From IMG/VR virus record IMGVR_UViG_3300017989_005036, positions 11,421 to 75,420 of that record: a stretch of DNA of 64,000 nt; one strand, 5' to 3'. Within the stretch, counting starts at the first letter, position 1. The number at the start of each line of letters is the position of its first letter. The DNA comes from a virus. A program made the position numbers and the translations under genes. Below are positions 9,416 through 19,693 of this stretch, piece after piece. Below the pieces are notes generated by a model. That model saw nothing but the letters and a program-made list of their open reading frames with translations, had not been told where the DNA came from and did no database searches.

Positions 9416-9520
9416 TGAAGCATCTCGTGAACAAAGTGTATCCCAGTTGATATCAGAATCGCAAGGTAGCTGAATAGCTTTAGGTAATTGAGGAAGAATG
9501 TATTGAATTGGGGTTTTCAT
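9416..9520 (-). pseudogene. RNA ligase 5' part (35 codons)
   Basis: MKTPIQYILPQLPKAIQLPCDSDINWDTLCSRDAS joins in frame to the 3' part across the IS; ATG overlaps upstream stop. Confidence 0.75.
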
Positions 9521-9834
9521 CGTGGGCCTACAGAATTTGTCCAACCTGCTTTACGTTGGTTGACACCAAGAATCTTCTCTCCAAAATATAATGAGGCGTA
9601 AAAGAAAAATATCAAAATTCGAAAAAGAAACCATGACGGACTGGTTGCCCGCAGGACAAAAGCCGCAATAACAAAAAATACTCTGTCAACAGTGTCAATT
9701 GGTTCTCTGAATTTGTCTATTTGATTTTGAGCTTCTTTACGCCCCCAAGTGAACATGCCAAGTACATAAAGGCTAATCCATAACCATGGATTATTCACAT
9801 TAACGGTCATTTGTGACAGTTCTTCCAAATTCAT
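9517..9834 (-). CDS. hypothetical membrane protein
   Basis: hydrophobic segments, translationally coupled to neighbours. Confidence 0.5.
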   Translation of the reverse strand: MNLEELSQMTVNVNNPWLWISLYVLGMFTWGRKEAQNQIDKFREPIDTVDRVFFVIAAFVLRATSPSWFLFRILIFFFYASLYFGEKILGVNQRKAGWTNSVGPR

Positions 9835-10580
9835 TAGAGAAATTTCCTTACGAATTCACTGTATTCCTCTTTCATCGGAAGTTCAAACTCTCGCTTGACC
9901 CGACGACGTTGAGCAACAACTTCTTCTTTAGAAACCGGATTAAATGCCTGTTTCTCATATTGCTCCCAATAAAGTCCAACACCACGCTTCTGCCAGTTTG
10001 GAACATTATTGAAATTGATGCCATTATGGTGCAACAATTCGTTCTTGCTACTCACCGATTTGTTCAGAAGAGTGTTAGATGCTGCTCTGGCACTTAATTG
10101 TTTTCGGAGAGTCCAGTAACAGTAAGAATTCAACGCATTCCTAGCTGCGTCTTCGTTTCTCCATCGAAAATAATCAACTACCAAATTGGTATTAGGCAAT
10201 TGAGAGATACGACAATCAAATGTTGCCACTTCTCCCATTGCCAAAGAGAATCTGGCACTCGCTTCACCTGCCAACGTGGAATTAAGTTTCCTGAGTTTTC
10301 TGTTAAACAGATTCTCTCTCAAGCCAAACAGAAGTGAAATTTCATCACTTTCGGTATAAGCGTACACAATCTCAAAGCCGCAATTCATGAGAGCTTCTGT
10401 TGTGTCTACCATCATGTCACGAAAACGAACATCGAAAGGAACTTCAAAGTTGCCAGTTTTAGTCAGCTTTGTGAAACCACGTCCATCGAGACGAGCAACC
10501 ATGTACATGCCCGGCAAGACACATGCATCTGCTGCTGTCTCGAAGACACGCATTTTGTTGTCAAGTTCTTTGAACTTCAT
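9834..10580 (-). CDS. tRNA(His) guanylyltransferase / Thg1-like 3'-5' polymerase
   Basis: ARLDGRGFTKLT, YTESDEISL, FDCR, DYFRWRNEDAARN, GINFN..P.WQKRG. Confidence 0.95.
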   Translation of the reverse strand: MKFKELDNKMRVFETAADACVLPGMYMVARLDGRGFTKLTKTGNFEVPFDVRFRDMMVDTTEALMNCGFEIVYAYTESDEISLLFGLRENLFNRKLRKLNSTLAGEASARFSLAMGEVATFDCRISQLPNTNLVVDYFRWRNEDAARNALNSYCYWTLRKQLSARAASNTLLNKSVSSKNELLHHNGINFNNVPNWQKRGVGLYWEQYEKQAFNPVSKEEVVAQRRRVKREFELPMKEEYSEFVRKFL

Positions 10581-11850
10581 CTTTTCTCTCTGTGACGCTT
10601 ACAAATCCGCCAGTCTTTTGACTGAGATCAAAGTTTTCATCAATGAAGTTAATGACCTCATCAGGAGAGACACTGCGATTGAACACAATGTTCGGTCCAT
10701 GTTCCTCTAAATAGACAGCCCAGAGATTCCCAAACTGTTTGAGCCCTTTGCTCGTGTTCTCCCCGCATTGGTGGCTGCCGCACTCAAATTCTCTCTGAGA
10801 GACAGTTGGAACTTGAGAATCTTCTTTCAGGGGGCAATGAAAATGCACGATGCAATCAAGGTCTGGGTGATCCTCAAACACAATTCGTTGTGACTGACCA
10901 CCCACACTCGGTTTTGCGCCATAAGCGAGAACAGTGTCTGGTCCATCGGTTACAATTTTCACCAGACCAATATCTTTCAGGTCATTGAAATTCGTCCGAC
11001 GCTGACTGGTTAAGAAAGTAGTGTCAGACAGTTTGCAAGCAAAATGACCAACTGTTGCACCGTTGAAGGGTTTGTATGCACCACTCATAATGCAATGATC
11101 CACAACTGCACGAAGTGAATCAGGAACCTGATTAGAATTCCAAGAAACAGGCTCGCCTTCAACAACAGTCGAACGTGTGAAGGTCAGATGGGATCTGAGC
11201 TTAGCCATTTCAACCAAATTAGTCAGTGCTTCATCACGATTTGTTGTCACATGATATCGAGCTTCTTCAGGAGTAATAATCATGTTGAGACGAGACTTTG
11301 TGTCATTGGCAAACACAAGGTTACAACTAGCTTTTTTACACAAGCCCAAACCAGCAATGTATTGTTCATCTTCAGTGGCTCCGCATGTTTGTTTGAAACC
11401 AACGAGGAAGATGTCTTTTCGTTTTTCACGAACCTTTCTGATGACTTTGTCAGCAGGCGTTAAATCAATGCTATAACTCTTGCTAGAAGAGAGTCTGGCA
11501 CCATACTTACCAGCTTCCAAAGTCTCATCTGGGTTTTCTTGCGTGTAAACTTTGCCATCAAAATCCACCATCGCCGCTGAGAAGAACACAATCTTTGTGA
11601 CATCATCGTTGATGATGCGATCAATCAGCTTGGCGACATCTTCATTGGTTTCTAAACGAAAGTCTGTCCAATTTGAACCGCCCGCCATTCGTGTCAGATA
11701 GAGTTTCGAATCCATTTCTGGAATTGTCGATTCACAAATTTGCTTGATAGCTCGTGCAGTGCTTCCGTAAGCAGGAGCTGTCAAAGCTAAATGAGAACTG
11801 ATCCAAGAAACAGTTCCGCCACCAATAATTGCAATTTGTTTTTTGTCCAT
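10561..11850 (-). CDS. fusion: CoaB (PPC synthetase)-like N-domain plus class II aldolase/adducin-like C-domain
   Basis: IIGGGT..., FSAAMVDF, LVGFK, LVFAND (CoaB-like); FLTS...KPS...HPDLDCIVHFH...HG (aldolase II-like). Confidence 0.65.
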   Translation of the reverse strand: MDKKQIAIIGGGTVSWISSHLALTAPAYGSTARAIKQICESTIPEMDSKLYLTRMAGGSNWTDFRLETNEDVAKLIDRIINDDVTKIVFFSAAMVDFDGKVYTQENPDETLEAGKYGARLSSSKSYSIDLTPADKVIRKVREKRKDIFLVGFKQTCGATEDEQYIAGLGLCKKASCNLVFANDTKSRLNMIITPEEARYHVTTNRDEALTNLVEMAKLRSHLTFTRSTVVEGEPVSWNSNQVPDSLRAVVDHCIMSGAYKPFNGATVGHFACKLSDTTFLTSQRRTNFNDLKDIGLVKIVTDGPDTVLAYGAKPSVGGQSQRIVFEDHPDLDCIVHFHCPLKEDSQVPTVSQREFECGSHQCGENTSKGLKQFGNLWAVYLEEHGPNIVFNRSVSPDEVINFIDENFDLSQKTGGFVSVTERKDEVQRT

Positions 11851-11977
11851 GTCTATCTCCTTTTGAACCAACCGGGGCGGCTCCCAACACACCTGCACAT
11901 CCCCGTGACCCTTTCCCGCTTCAAATCATCAGTCACCAGTATGTCGGCAGTTCGATGCTGTGCTCGTCAGGATTGGT

Positions 11978-13030
11978 TCATTTGATTCCGAACTTGTCTG
12001 AAAATTGGTCGGCCAGTTGAATGAGTTCTTCAACATCCTCAAGGCCGTGGAGTAAGTGTTTGTTTTCACTTGTTTCAAAAAACTCAAGACCATGCAAAGC
12101 ACCAAGCATTTCACCAACAAGCTTAGCGTTTGTATCAGTATCACCACCCGCCATCACAACATTGTAGAGAGAATCTATGGTGTAGGGGTTTTTCAAGAAG
12201 AAATAATAAGCAAAAGGCATGCTGTGGACAACGTAACTTTTGCCATTTCCAAATTGTTTTCGAACATCATCAAAAGTCCAAGAGTCAATCAAATGAAGCA
12301 GCGACAGATTGACCATCAGATTTTCCCAAGAGTTATCTGGGTTATTCAGATGACCTACACAATAATGCAATTTGTGCTTGCTATCTCGTTTATATTTTCG
12401 GCCATCCATTCCACGATGAATAGCCATAAAGGTCTGAGACTTGTGATATGAGATTGGAGTTTGCAACAGAAGGTTGCCAATTACTCCAGTGTGGACTACA
12501 CCCGAAAGAGCCGCAGCAGCGGTGTAATGGGTCATAGCAGAAAACTGTACAACTTTATCTGCAAAGCGAGGCCAAGGAAGTTTGTTTTTAACAGCATGCC
12601 ATGCACCAATGGGTGATATTCGCATCAAAACTCCATTGCCAACGCCAAGTCCCTTTTTATCGGTTTTACCGGATTCAGACCACCTGACGCCTTCTGAGAG
12701 TTTCTTGATGGACTCTCGTAAAGAGCCTCCCCAACCTTCTGTGGACTCTTTAAATGCTTTGACGTGATATGATGCCTGAGTCCCCATTCCGAACCCGTTG
12801 GCTCGAATCAGAGCTTTGACAACAGCAAGGCCAAGCTGAGTATCATCAGTAATGACGCCGGTTTTATCGTCCTTGAACCATTTGTTGTTTTTTGGGGCAA
12901 CATATGTGGTGACGCCATCAGGGTGATTCTTAAGAATATCTTCGTAAGACATACACTCTACAGGACGACCAAGAGCATCACCAATGGCCCCACCGACAAG
13001 CATTCCTCTAATTTTGCTGCGAGTTAGCAT
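11978..13030 (-). CDS. ADP-ribosylglycohydrolase (DraG/ARH family)
   Basis: GAIGDALG, TDDTQL, GNGVLMRISP, TH, GGDTDT. Confidence 0.93.
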   Translation of the reverse strand: MLTRSKIRGMLVGGAIGDALGRPVECMSYEDILKNHPDGVTTYVAPKNNKWFKDDKTGVITDDTQLGLAVVKALIRANGFGMGTQASYHVKAFKESTEGWGGSLRESIKKLSEGVRWSESGKTDKKGLGVGNGVLMRISPIGAWHAVKNKLPWPRFADKVVQFSAMTHYTAAAALSGVVHTGVIGNLLLQTPISYHKSQTFMAIHRGMDGRKYKRDSKHKLHYCVGHLNNPDNSWENLMVNLSLLHLIDSWTFDDVRKQFGNGKSYVVHSMPFAYYFFLKNPYTIDSLYNVVMAGGDTDTNAKLVGEMLGALHGLEFFETSENKHLLHGLEDVEELIQLADQFSDKFGIK

Positions 13031-13079
13031 GTTTTCTCCTTCTCACAGCATTTTACGTCAATTTATCGAAAGTGTAAAG

Positions 13080-14981
13080 TTACGCACTGGAATCGGAATC
13101 GGAATCCACATACACATAAAGATGCCCATGGTATTCATCCGCATTTTTGAAATAGACATTACCAAATTTTCTGACATTGTATGTTCTGCCACACCAAGAA
13201 ACTTTGTCCTCAATGCCAACAGCTTGCATTCTTCTTCTTTCAGAAGAAGGTACTTCTAAAACTTCTTCCCCTTTTTTACTTTTCTTTTTGTGTGCACTGG
13301 CAAATGCGAACACGCCTTGTTTTGCCATCAAATATCTTTGAATTGCGTGATATAACCCCGTGTGATGAGTAAAGTGTTTTGGTTCACGTCCAAGGATATC
13401 ACGTCGAAAAACACAAACATTGTTTTCTTCAGGAAGGAATTTACTTTCAAATTCATGAACAAATTTAGACTTTTTAGCGTTATCGTGATTGTTCCATTCT
13501 TTGATAAACTTCATGTACTCATCAAAGACCACTTCCTCATCAGAGATCTTTGAAAGATCTTCATGACCATTGCAATGATCACCATAAGGAAGATCAAAAT
13601 AGGCCGCTTCATCTTCAGCTTCAATTTCACGATCAATTACATGTTTTTCTGGTGTTAATTTGTGACAAATCGGTTTACGGTTTTTGTCTTCTCCCAAATA
13701 ACGACATTGATCATGACCACAGTTTATTTTGCAAACATGAACAACATGCATAGGAGTGTTGTCAACTTCAGCAACTGTCTCATTGGGCACATCAAAAGTT
13801 GAATTCGCCTTAATCAACCATTCGTTTTCTTTAAGGAAAGCCCAAATTTCCCTCAGAGGATTTTCATGTCCTCTAAGCAAATCGATGTGGAATTTGAAAT
13901 TTTGACTTGGAAGTTCAAGCTCTACTTTGGTCCCATCATTAATCGTTTTGAATGATCCCCATTTTTTGTCGTTACGTGTTATCCATCCTTCGCCAAGAGT
14001 AGATGCTCCATCAAGATCATATGATTCCTTGAATCCTGAATAACCTACAGGAAGATCAATGTTGTTTAGGGAATTCGAAACAAAACTACAAGCACCCGCT
14101 CTGGCTTTATCTAGGTCGTCATAAACCCTCAAAAGACCACTTCTTGTTACATTAGCAGCACGGTAACAAATAAGACGATATGTGGTCCAATTTTTGGTAA
14201 TTGAATCTTTGGCTGAATTTCTACCTTCAACAAATTCAACTTTGTGATCCACTTTGACAATTGCACCCCAACATTGACGATTTTGAGAGCCCAGCTCCAA
14301 ATAGCTTATCTCTGTTCTGTCGCCTGTTTTGTCAAAGAACACACGTGCATTGGGGATAGCGTTGGAGTGTTTAAACTCCATGTCGAAATCATGTCTAAAT
14401 TTTTCATTCTCTTCTTTTAGCTTATCTCTCTCCGCTGTTAGCGTTTCGATTTCTGAACACTGTTTTTCTTGTACTTTTTCGTTTAGAGACTTCAACCTCG
14501 ATTCGAACGTATCTCTGTCCAAAAGAGCAGCATAAAGTTCTTGTTTGCGATGAGAAAGTTCTTCTTGAGTTTCTTTGAGAAGTTCTCTGAGTTGTTCTTT
14601 TTCAGCATCAGATAGCTCAATTCGCTTTGAAGATTCAACAAGATCATTTTTGAGCACGCTAATGGCGTGATTAGCTTCATTTAATTGGCATTGAAGTACG
14701 CCATTGCTTTCTTTTGCAGTGTTGAATCTTCGCTCCAAGCGATGAAGTTTCATTTGAAGGCAACCTGCTCTTTCTTTGTCATAAGCTCCTTCTGTTTTTT
14801 GATCTTCAAGGTTTTTCTGCAATCGGCGAAGTTTTGCCTGAAGATTGCTTACTCTTTCTTTTTCATAAGCTTCTTCTGTTTTTTGATCTTCAATGTTTTT
14901 CTTTCTGCGTAGGAAAACATTGTGCACTGAAACTGCAATGCTGCCGCCAAGGAAAACTGCAATTAAATTAATCCAATTCAT
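13080..14981 (-). CDS. membrane-anchored coiled-coil hypothetical protein
   Basis: N-terminal TM, long coiled coil, internal 27-aa duplication, Cys/His cluster. Confidence 0.6.
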   Translation of the reverse strand: MNWINLIAVFLGGSIAVSVHNVFLRRKKNIEDQKTEEAYEKERVSNLQAKLRRLQKNLEDQKTEGAYDKERAGCLQMKLHRLERRFNTAKESNGVLQCQLNEANHAISVLKNDLVESSKRIELSDAEKEQLRELLKETQEELSHRKQELYAALLDRDTFESRLKSLNEKVQEKQCSEIETLTAERDKLKEENEKFRHDFDMEFKHSNAIPNARVFFDKTGDRTEISYLELGSQNRQCWGAIVKVDHKVEFVEGRNSAKDSITKNWTTYRLICYRAANVTRSGLLRVYDDLDKARAGACSFVSNSLNNIDLPVGYSGFKESYDLDGASTLGEGWITRNDKKWGSFKTINDGTKVELELPSQNFKFHIDLLRGHENPLREIWAFLKENEWLIKANSTFDVPNETVAEVDNTPMHVVHVCKINCGHDQCRYLGEDKNRKPICHKLTPEKHVIDREIEAEDEAAYFDLPYGDHCNGHEDLSKISDEEVVFDEYMKFIKEWNNHDNAKKSKFVHEFESKFLPEENNVCVFRRDILGREPKHFTHHTGLYHAIQRYLMAKQGVFAFASAHKKKSKKGEEVLEVPSSERRRMQAVGIEDKVSWCGRTYNVRKFGNVYFKNADEYHGHLYVYVDSDSDSSA

Positions 14982-15292
14982 GATTACGCTTCCTGCGAAT
15001 TGTAGTGAAAACGAAGATTTACAATATCTCCATTTTCATGAAGCCACAAAAGATAACGTCTGCACTTTTCTTCGTGGCTCAAATTGAAAAAAACGAAAGG
15101 AGTTCTGTTGAATTCCCGTTCAATTCCAGCAGTGATTTGAACTAGGAAATGGTCTTGGTTTGCCGAAAAGTAATATTCGTCCCTGTCGGGGTAAAGGTTG
15201 ATAAACCATTCCATCAGGGCCATGTGTGCAGAATTTGTATTGCACTCGAAATTACTTTTCGTCGTGTAAGAAATCTTCACAATAATCCTTCC

Positions 15293-16048
15293 TCATATGA
15301 CGGTGACATGGTTGGGATGAACAGGCACCCCTCTCAACAATGTAAAATATTGAGTTTCTTGGTCTTTTTCGATCCAAAGAAGCTCAGTGTCTTCTTCCCC
15401 ATCATCCTGCACGATGATGCGACTGAAGTCCCAATACATTGTATCACTGTGTGACAGCTCATCATCTTCAATGGTGCCACTGCCATCGTCATCAAGAAGG
15501 CTGGTTACTCTGGCCTCATAAGGCTCAACAGCACCGTCAACACGCCAATATCGCCATGGCTCATCCATTTCATTATCATCGTCATCGTAATTGACCTTGA
15601 AGGTGACTTCACCTTCTTCGTCCCAATTGGGATCATTGCAACCATTGTTCATACAATAGGAATAAAACTCTTCATCCCAAACAAATTCAGCATAAGCTTT
15701 AAGTAGCTGAAATTCATGACCCAATGGATTGTTTGAATCTTCATCGGGAGTCAGACGCATCCTGATGCGTCTTGGTTTATCCCAATCTCTGGCATTTCCT
15801 TTGCAGCAATAATCAGTATGGTAAATGTCCCTACCACGTAATGTGGTTTTATAAACATGAATCCCTTCAATAACAAAATTGACACCTGCGTATTCTGGGA
15901 TTGTAGAAAACTGTACTGTACAGCCGACTTTTGCTTCAAGCGGATTGTGATATTGAAGTTCAAGTGGCGTTAAATCTTTTTTGTTTTTACCAGTGAGTAT
16001 TTCCCAGATGGTTCTTCCACGACCATCTGCTGATGGGTGTATATCCAT
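15293..16048 (-). CDS. acidic hypothetical protein (possibly DUF4178-like)
   Basis: ORF; C-term YWDF...LWIEKD...LLRG pattern; context near PspA. Confidence 0.4.
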   Translation of the reverse strand: MDIHPSADGRGRTIWEILTGKNKKDLTPLELQYHNPLEAKVGCTVQFSTIPEYAGVNFVIEGIHVYKTTLRGRDIYHTDYCCKGNARDWDKPRRIRMRLTPDEDSNNPLGHEFQLLKAYAEFVWDEEFYSYCMNNGCNDPNWDEEGEVTFKVNYDDDDNEMDEPWRYWRVDGAVEPYEARVTSLLDDDGSGTIEDDELSHSDTMYWDFSRIIVQDDGEEDTELLWIEKDQETQYFTLLRGVPVHPNHVTVI

Positions 16049-16075
16049 TTTTACATTCCTTTATAGACAAATAAA

Positions 16076-16102
16076 GCCGGGGGCGGATGGACCGCCCCCG
16101 GC
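16076..16102. terminator. GC-rich hairpin
   Basis: gccgggggcgg-atgga-ccgcccccggc. Confidence 0.6.
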
Positions 16103-16128
16103 AGGTTCTTGTTGCCGAGGATCATTGC

Positions 16129-16779
16129 TTAAGCATGATCGTGCATAATCGGCTTATCAAACTTGTTGCCCTGAATTCGTCGGAAGAACGTGACCATGCT
16201 TGTCAAAACGATTCCAGTGCTGGCAAAGAGCAATCCGTATGTTGCCTGAATTGGCAACACTGGATTATCTTCTTTGATTTGAAGCGGTGTGATTCCTGTT
16301 GGCTCATAAGAAACCAGCTCAACATCGCTTTCGTAGAGTTCTGTCGGAGTAGGTGCAACGGAAGCAGTGGATTCTTCTCTGAGAAGACTCCAAACAAACT
16401 TTCGTTCTTCGTCCGACATGTTACTCCAAGATGAACGTTGTTCATCTGTATTCACGCTGATCGGGTAGATGACCTTTGACTCTTTGTCGAGACGAGCGAC
16501 AACACCATCAAATTTCACAAGTTCCCGATCCACATCAATGCCATTAGCATCGACTTCTCGGATGGTCTCGCCACGTGAAGCAAGATCACCAATTCCTGTT
16601 CCCACACCACCCAAACCGAGGATGGCCATGAGAGACGCTGCGATCATTCCGTAGCCGAACTTCTGTCCAGCTTTCATGCCGACTGAAGCGACATTTTTAA
16701 ATGTCTTCCAGCCAACGACCAGTGCGGCACCTGCTGCGAGGTACATAATCGGAATCTCTGTGTTGAAGAGATTTTCCAT
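16129..16779 (-). CDS. membrane protein
   Basis: three hydrophobic segments; AAGGAG RBS. Confidence 0.6.
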   Translation of the reverse strand: MENLFNTEIPIMYLAAGAALVVGWKTFKNVASVGMKAGQKFGYGMIAASLMAILGLGGVGTGIGDLASRGETIREVDANGIDVDRELVKFDGVVARLDKESKVIYPISVNTDEQRSSWSNMSDEERKFVWSLLREESTASVAPTPTELYESDVELVSYEPTGITPLQIKEDNPVLPIQATYGLLFASTGIVLTSMVTFFRRIQGNKFDKPIMHDHA

Positions 16780-16794
16780 GAAACAACTCCTTAA

Positions 16795-17901
16795 TTACTT
16801 TCCAAGACGAACACGTGTTAAGATAAGATATCCGCCGACCAAAATCAAGGTCAACAGAAAGACCCACATGAGAAACTTACCAACCCCTGAGCCAGTTGAA
16901 GCGGGAGCAACCGTTGGGTTGTAAGCAGCTTCAATGTACTCTTGGCTGTACATATCACTTGGATTCTCTGCAAATTCCGGGTCTATGTAATCAGCGTTTC
17001 GTTGCAGATTCTGGGCTTCCATTTGTTTGATTTGGGCAGCCACCTGTGCATCTTGCAAACCACGCTGGTAAGCTGAAGACTCAATATTGTGTTGATTGTG
17101 ATAAAGCCAACGAGCACGTCTTTCTGCGCTCCACTCCATCATCATCCACCAAAAAGCCGAACTGTATCCACCGCCTACATGGTAATATGGTTGACCATAG
17201 TAGTAACTGTAAGGATGGCTGTAGCCATGATTGTGAAAATGAACGTCCATACGGCTTTCTCTTGCCGCAGGAGTGTGATAATCGGATGACTTTGAACGAA
17301 TGGACTCAACAGTTTTTGAATCTTTACGGACATTAACTGTCTTACCATCTTTAGTTGTGTAAGAAGATTTTGGCGGTTTTGTTGCTTTTTGTTGAGCAAC
17401 ATATTTTTTCTGGCTTGCTTGCTGTCGATTTAAACGTGCCTTATCCGAACTGCTTGACGATGGCTTCTTGCTGGTACTTGGCTTCCGACTCGTTGGTGGC
17501 GGTTGAGTTGTTTGGTTCCCTGTGCCGAATTTAGGCTTTTGTCCGTTTCCACTTCCAAAACGTGGCTTTGGAGTATTGTTAGAATTTGGAGCAGTTGATT
17601 TTGGCTTTGATGGAGAACTGGAACCAAAACGTGGTTTTGAACCAGTGGTTGGACCTTTAGGTTTTGTTTTGTTGCTGGAACCAAATCTTGGCTTTGAACC
17701 CGAAGATGGCTTAGACGGAGTACGAGCTTTTGGCTTGCTGTACGAAGGTTTGCGAGAAGTAGAGGGACGGCTGCTTCGTGAAGCACTGCTGCGACTGCTA
17801 CTACTTCTTGATTTGCTTTTTGCTTCTACGGCTGTTTCACCAATTGTGGTGAGCACAAAACCCAAGCAAACAAGAATGATAAATCTACGGCCAAATTTCA
17901 T
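16795..17901 (-). CDS. exported low-complexity protein with C-terminal TM anchor
   Basis: signal peptide (AVEA|K), Ser/Lys/Pro-rich region with four KP[RK]FG repeats, Tyr/His-rich segment, C-term TM. Confidence 0.65.
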   Translation of the reverse strand: MKFGRRFIILVCLGFVLTTIGETAVEAKSKSRSSSSRSSASRSSRPSTSRKPSYSKPKARTPSKPSSGSKPRFGSSNKTKPKGPTTGSKPRFGSSSPSKPKSTAPNSNNTPKPRFGSGNGQKPKFGTGNQTTQPPPTSRKPSTSKKPSSSSSDKARLNRQQASQKKYVAQQKATKPPKSSYTTKDGKTVNVRKDSKTVESIRSKSSDYHTPAARESRMDVHFHNHGYSHPYSYYYGQPYYHVGGGYSSAFWWMMMEWSAERRARWLYHNQHNIESSAYQRGLQDAQVAAQIKQMEAQNLQRNADYIDPEFAENPSDMYSQEYIEAAYNPTVAPASTGSGVGKFLMWVFLLTLILVGGYLILTRVRLGK

Positions 17902-18047
17902 TTACATAACTCCATCAAAAACCAGCAATCCATTCCAAGGAAATTATCAAAGGGACAAAGTGAATGCAACCCCTTTTTGTAGAAAAACTCATGTTTTTAG
18001 TTTCATGAGTTTTCGCTAGAATACTCCGTTATTCCAAGGAAGGATAA

Positions 18048-19475
18048 ATGGCAAACGTAATACGAGTACAAAATGTTTACAGTTGGCTTCTCTCTACAGA
18101 TCGTGATCTGAAATCGAAGCTACACAAGTCTCTGAGGTTTAGGGACAAAAACTACTACCACAACGCTGCCTACAAAAAAGGCAAGTGGGATGGGTTCACA
18201 GAGTTTTTCACTGAAAACAACGGGAAGTTTCTCACTGGTCTTCTTCCAGAAGTGGAAGCTGCCCTTAAAAAACAACACAAGCAATATCAAATTGTCGATG
18301 AACGCAATAACAACATACAGTGGGAACACTCATCAATAAATGAACATTTCTTGGACCCATGGATTCCAGATGGGCATCCAGCCATCACGCTTCATGATTA
18401 CCAGCCGGATTTGGTAAATCGAGCTATTGCAAACAACCGAGGACTTGTTCAGGCTCCTACGGCTGCTGGCAAAACATTCATTATGATCTCACTTTTGAAG
18501 TGTCTTCCACCAAAGACTCCTGTTTTGTTTTTGACCAAAAACAAAGCATTGGTCCATCAGAACTACGAAGACATGATTGCTTGGGGAGTTCCAAATATTG
18601 GGCGATGGTACGGCAACTACAAATCACCCAATTTCATCACTTGTGCAAATTCAAACGTTCACACATTGAAAGGTCTCGATAATTTACTGCCGAAAATCAA
18701 AGTCTTAATTGTCGATGAAATTCATGAATGCATGTCCAAAGTTCCAATTGGAGCATACAAAAAAATGAAAAAAGCGTGCATTCGATTTGGAATTTCCGCT
18801 ACTCCATTCAAAGACAAACGTGTTCATAAATTCACAGTCAAAGGACACTTTGGCCCTGTCTTCAAAACATCAACGACCAAAAGTGGATTTTTGACCACTA
18901 AAGAACTGCAAAAAAGAGGAATTCTTTCTGCCAGCAACTGTACGTTTTACAGAATCGAAGAGCCATCGATCCCTTACGAGCCATACATCGATGCTGTCAC
19001 TTTGGGGATCGCCGAAAACTACTCCTTTCACAACATTGTTCGAAGATTAGCCCGTTCGCTAAAAGGTCGATCATTGATACTGGTGGAAAGAAGAGATCAG
19101 GGTGAATACCTCAAACAACTCATGCCTGAAGCTCATTGGGTAAATGGTGACGACAGTCTTGATGTTCGCAAACCTGTCATTGAAGCTTTGAAAAGCGACG
19201 AAAATGTAACAGCAATTGTTATGCGTCAAATCATCACAGCGGGCATCAATGTAAAAGTCCACAACCTAATTAACGCTGCTGGTGGTGACGCCAGTTACAA
19301 CGTCATACAACAAATAGGTCGTGGACTCAGGTGTGCTGAAGATAAAGACATCTTGCAGTACTATGATTTCATTTTTGAAATCAATGAGTATCTTTACAAA
19401 CACTCGAAGAATCGAATGAAAACATTAGAAGAAGAAGGTCACACAGTAAAGGTTAAACCTGAACTGGACTTTTGA
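18048..19475 (+). CDS. SF2 helicase, UvsW-like
   Basis: DYQ, APTAAGKT, DEIH, SATP, QQIGRGLR. Confidence 0.85.
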   Translation: MANVIRVQNVYSWLLSTDRDLKSKLHKSLRFRDKNYYHNAAYKKGKWDGFTEFFTENNGKFLTGLLPEVEAALKKQHKQYQIVDERNNNIQWEHSSINEHFLDPWIPDGHPAITLHDYQPDLVNRAIANNRGLVQAPTAAGKTFIMISLLKCLPPKTPVLFLTKNKALVHQNYEDMIAWGVPNIGRWYGNYKSPNFITCANSNVHTLKGLDNLLPKIKVLIVDEIHECMSKVPIGAYKKMKKACIRFGISATPFKDKRVHKFTVKGHFGPVFKTSTTKSGFLTTKELQKRGILSASNCTFYRIEEPSIPYEPYIDAVTLGIAENYSFHNIVRRLARSLKGRSLILVERRDQGEYLKQLMPEAHWVNGDDSLDVRKPVIEALKSDENVTAIVMRQIITAGINVKVHNLINAAGGDASYNVIQQIGRGLRCAEDKDILQYYDFIFEINEYLYKHSKNRMKTLEEEGHTVKVKPELDF

Positions 19476-19693
19476 GCATTTCTTCAATGGGTGTGGCTTT
19501 TGGTTTTGGAAGTTCGCCAAAATCATCATCGAAAATGTCATTGTCCAAAATTGGCTTGGGAGTGTCTTTGGTCACACCACAATCACAGTCAATTTCGCCA
19601 CATTCAAAACATGTGCCCGAGAAAATATCTTTCCCGGTTTCATATCTCCATGTGTACAAAATGACTCTTTGCTCACTGATTCTTTCCGATAGC

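Noticed and set aside
9834-10580. MKFKEL start of Thg1 as capsid-targeting motif
   Set aside because: Lacks the second aromatic residue and looks like the ordinary N-terminus of bacterial Thg1-like proteins.
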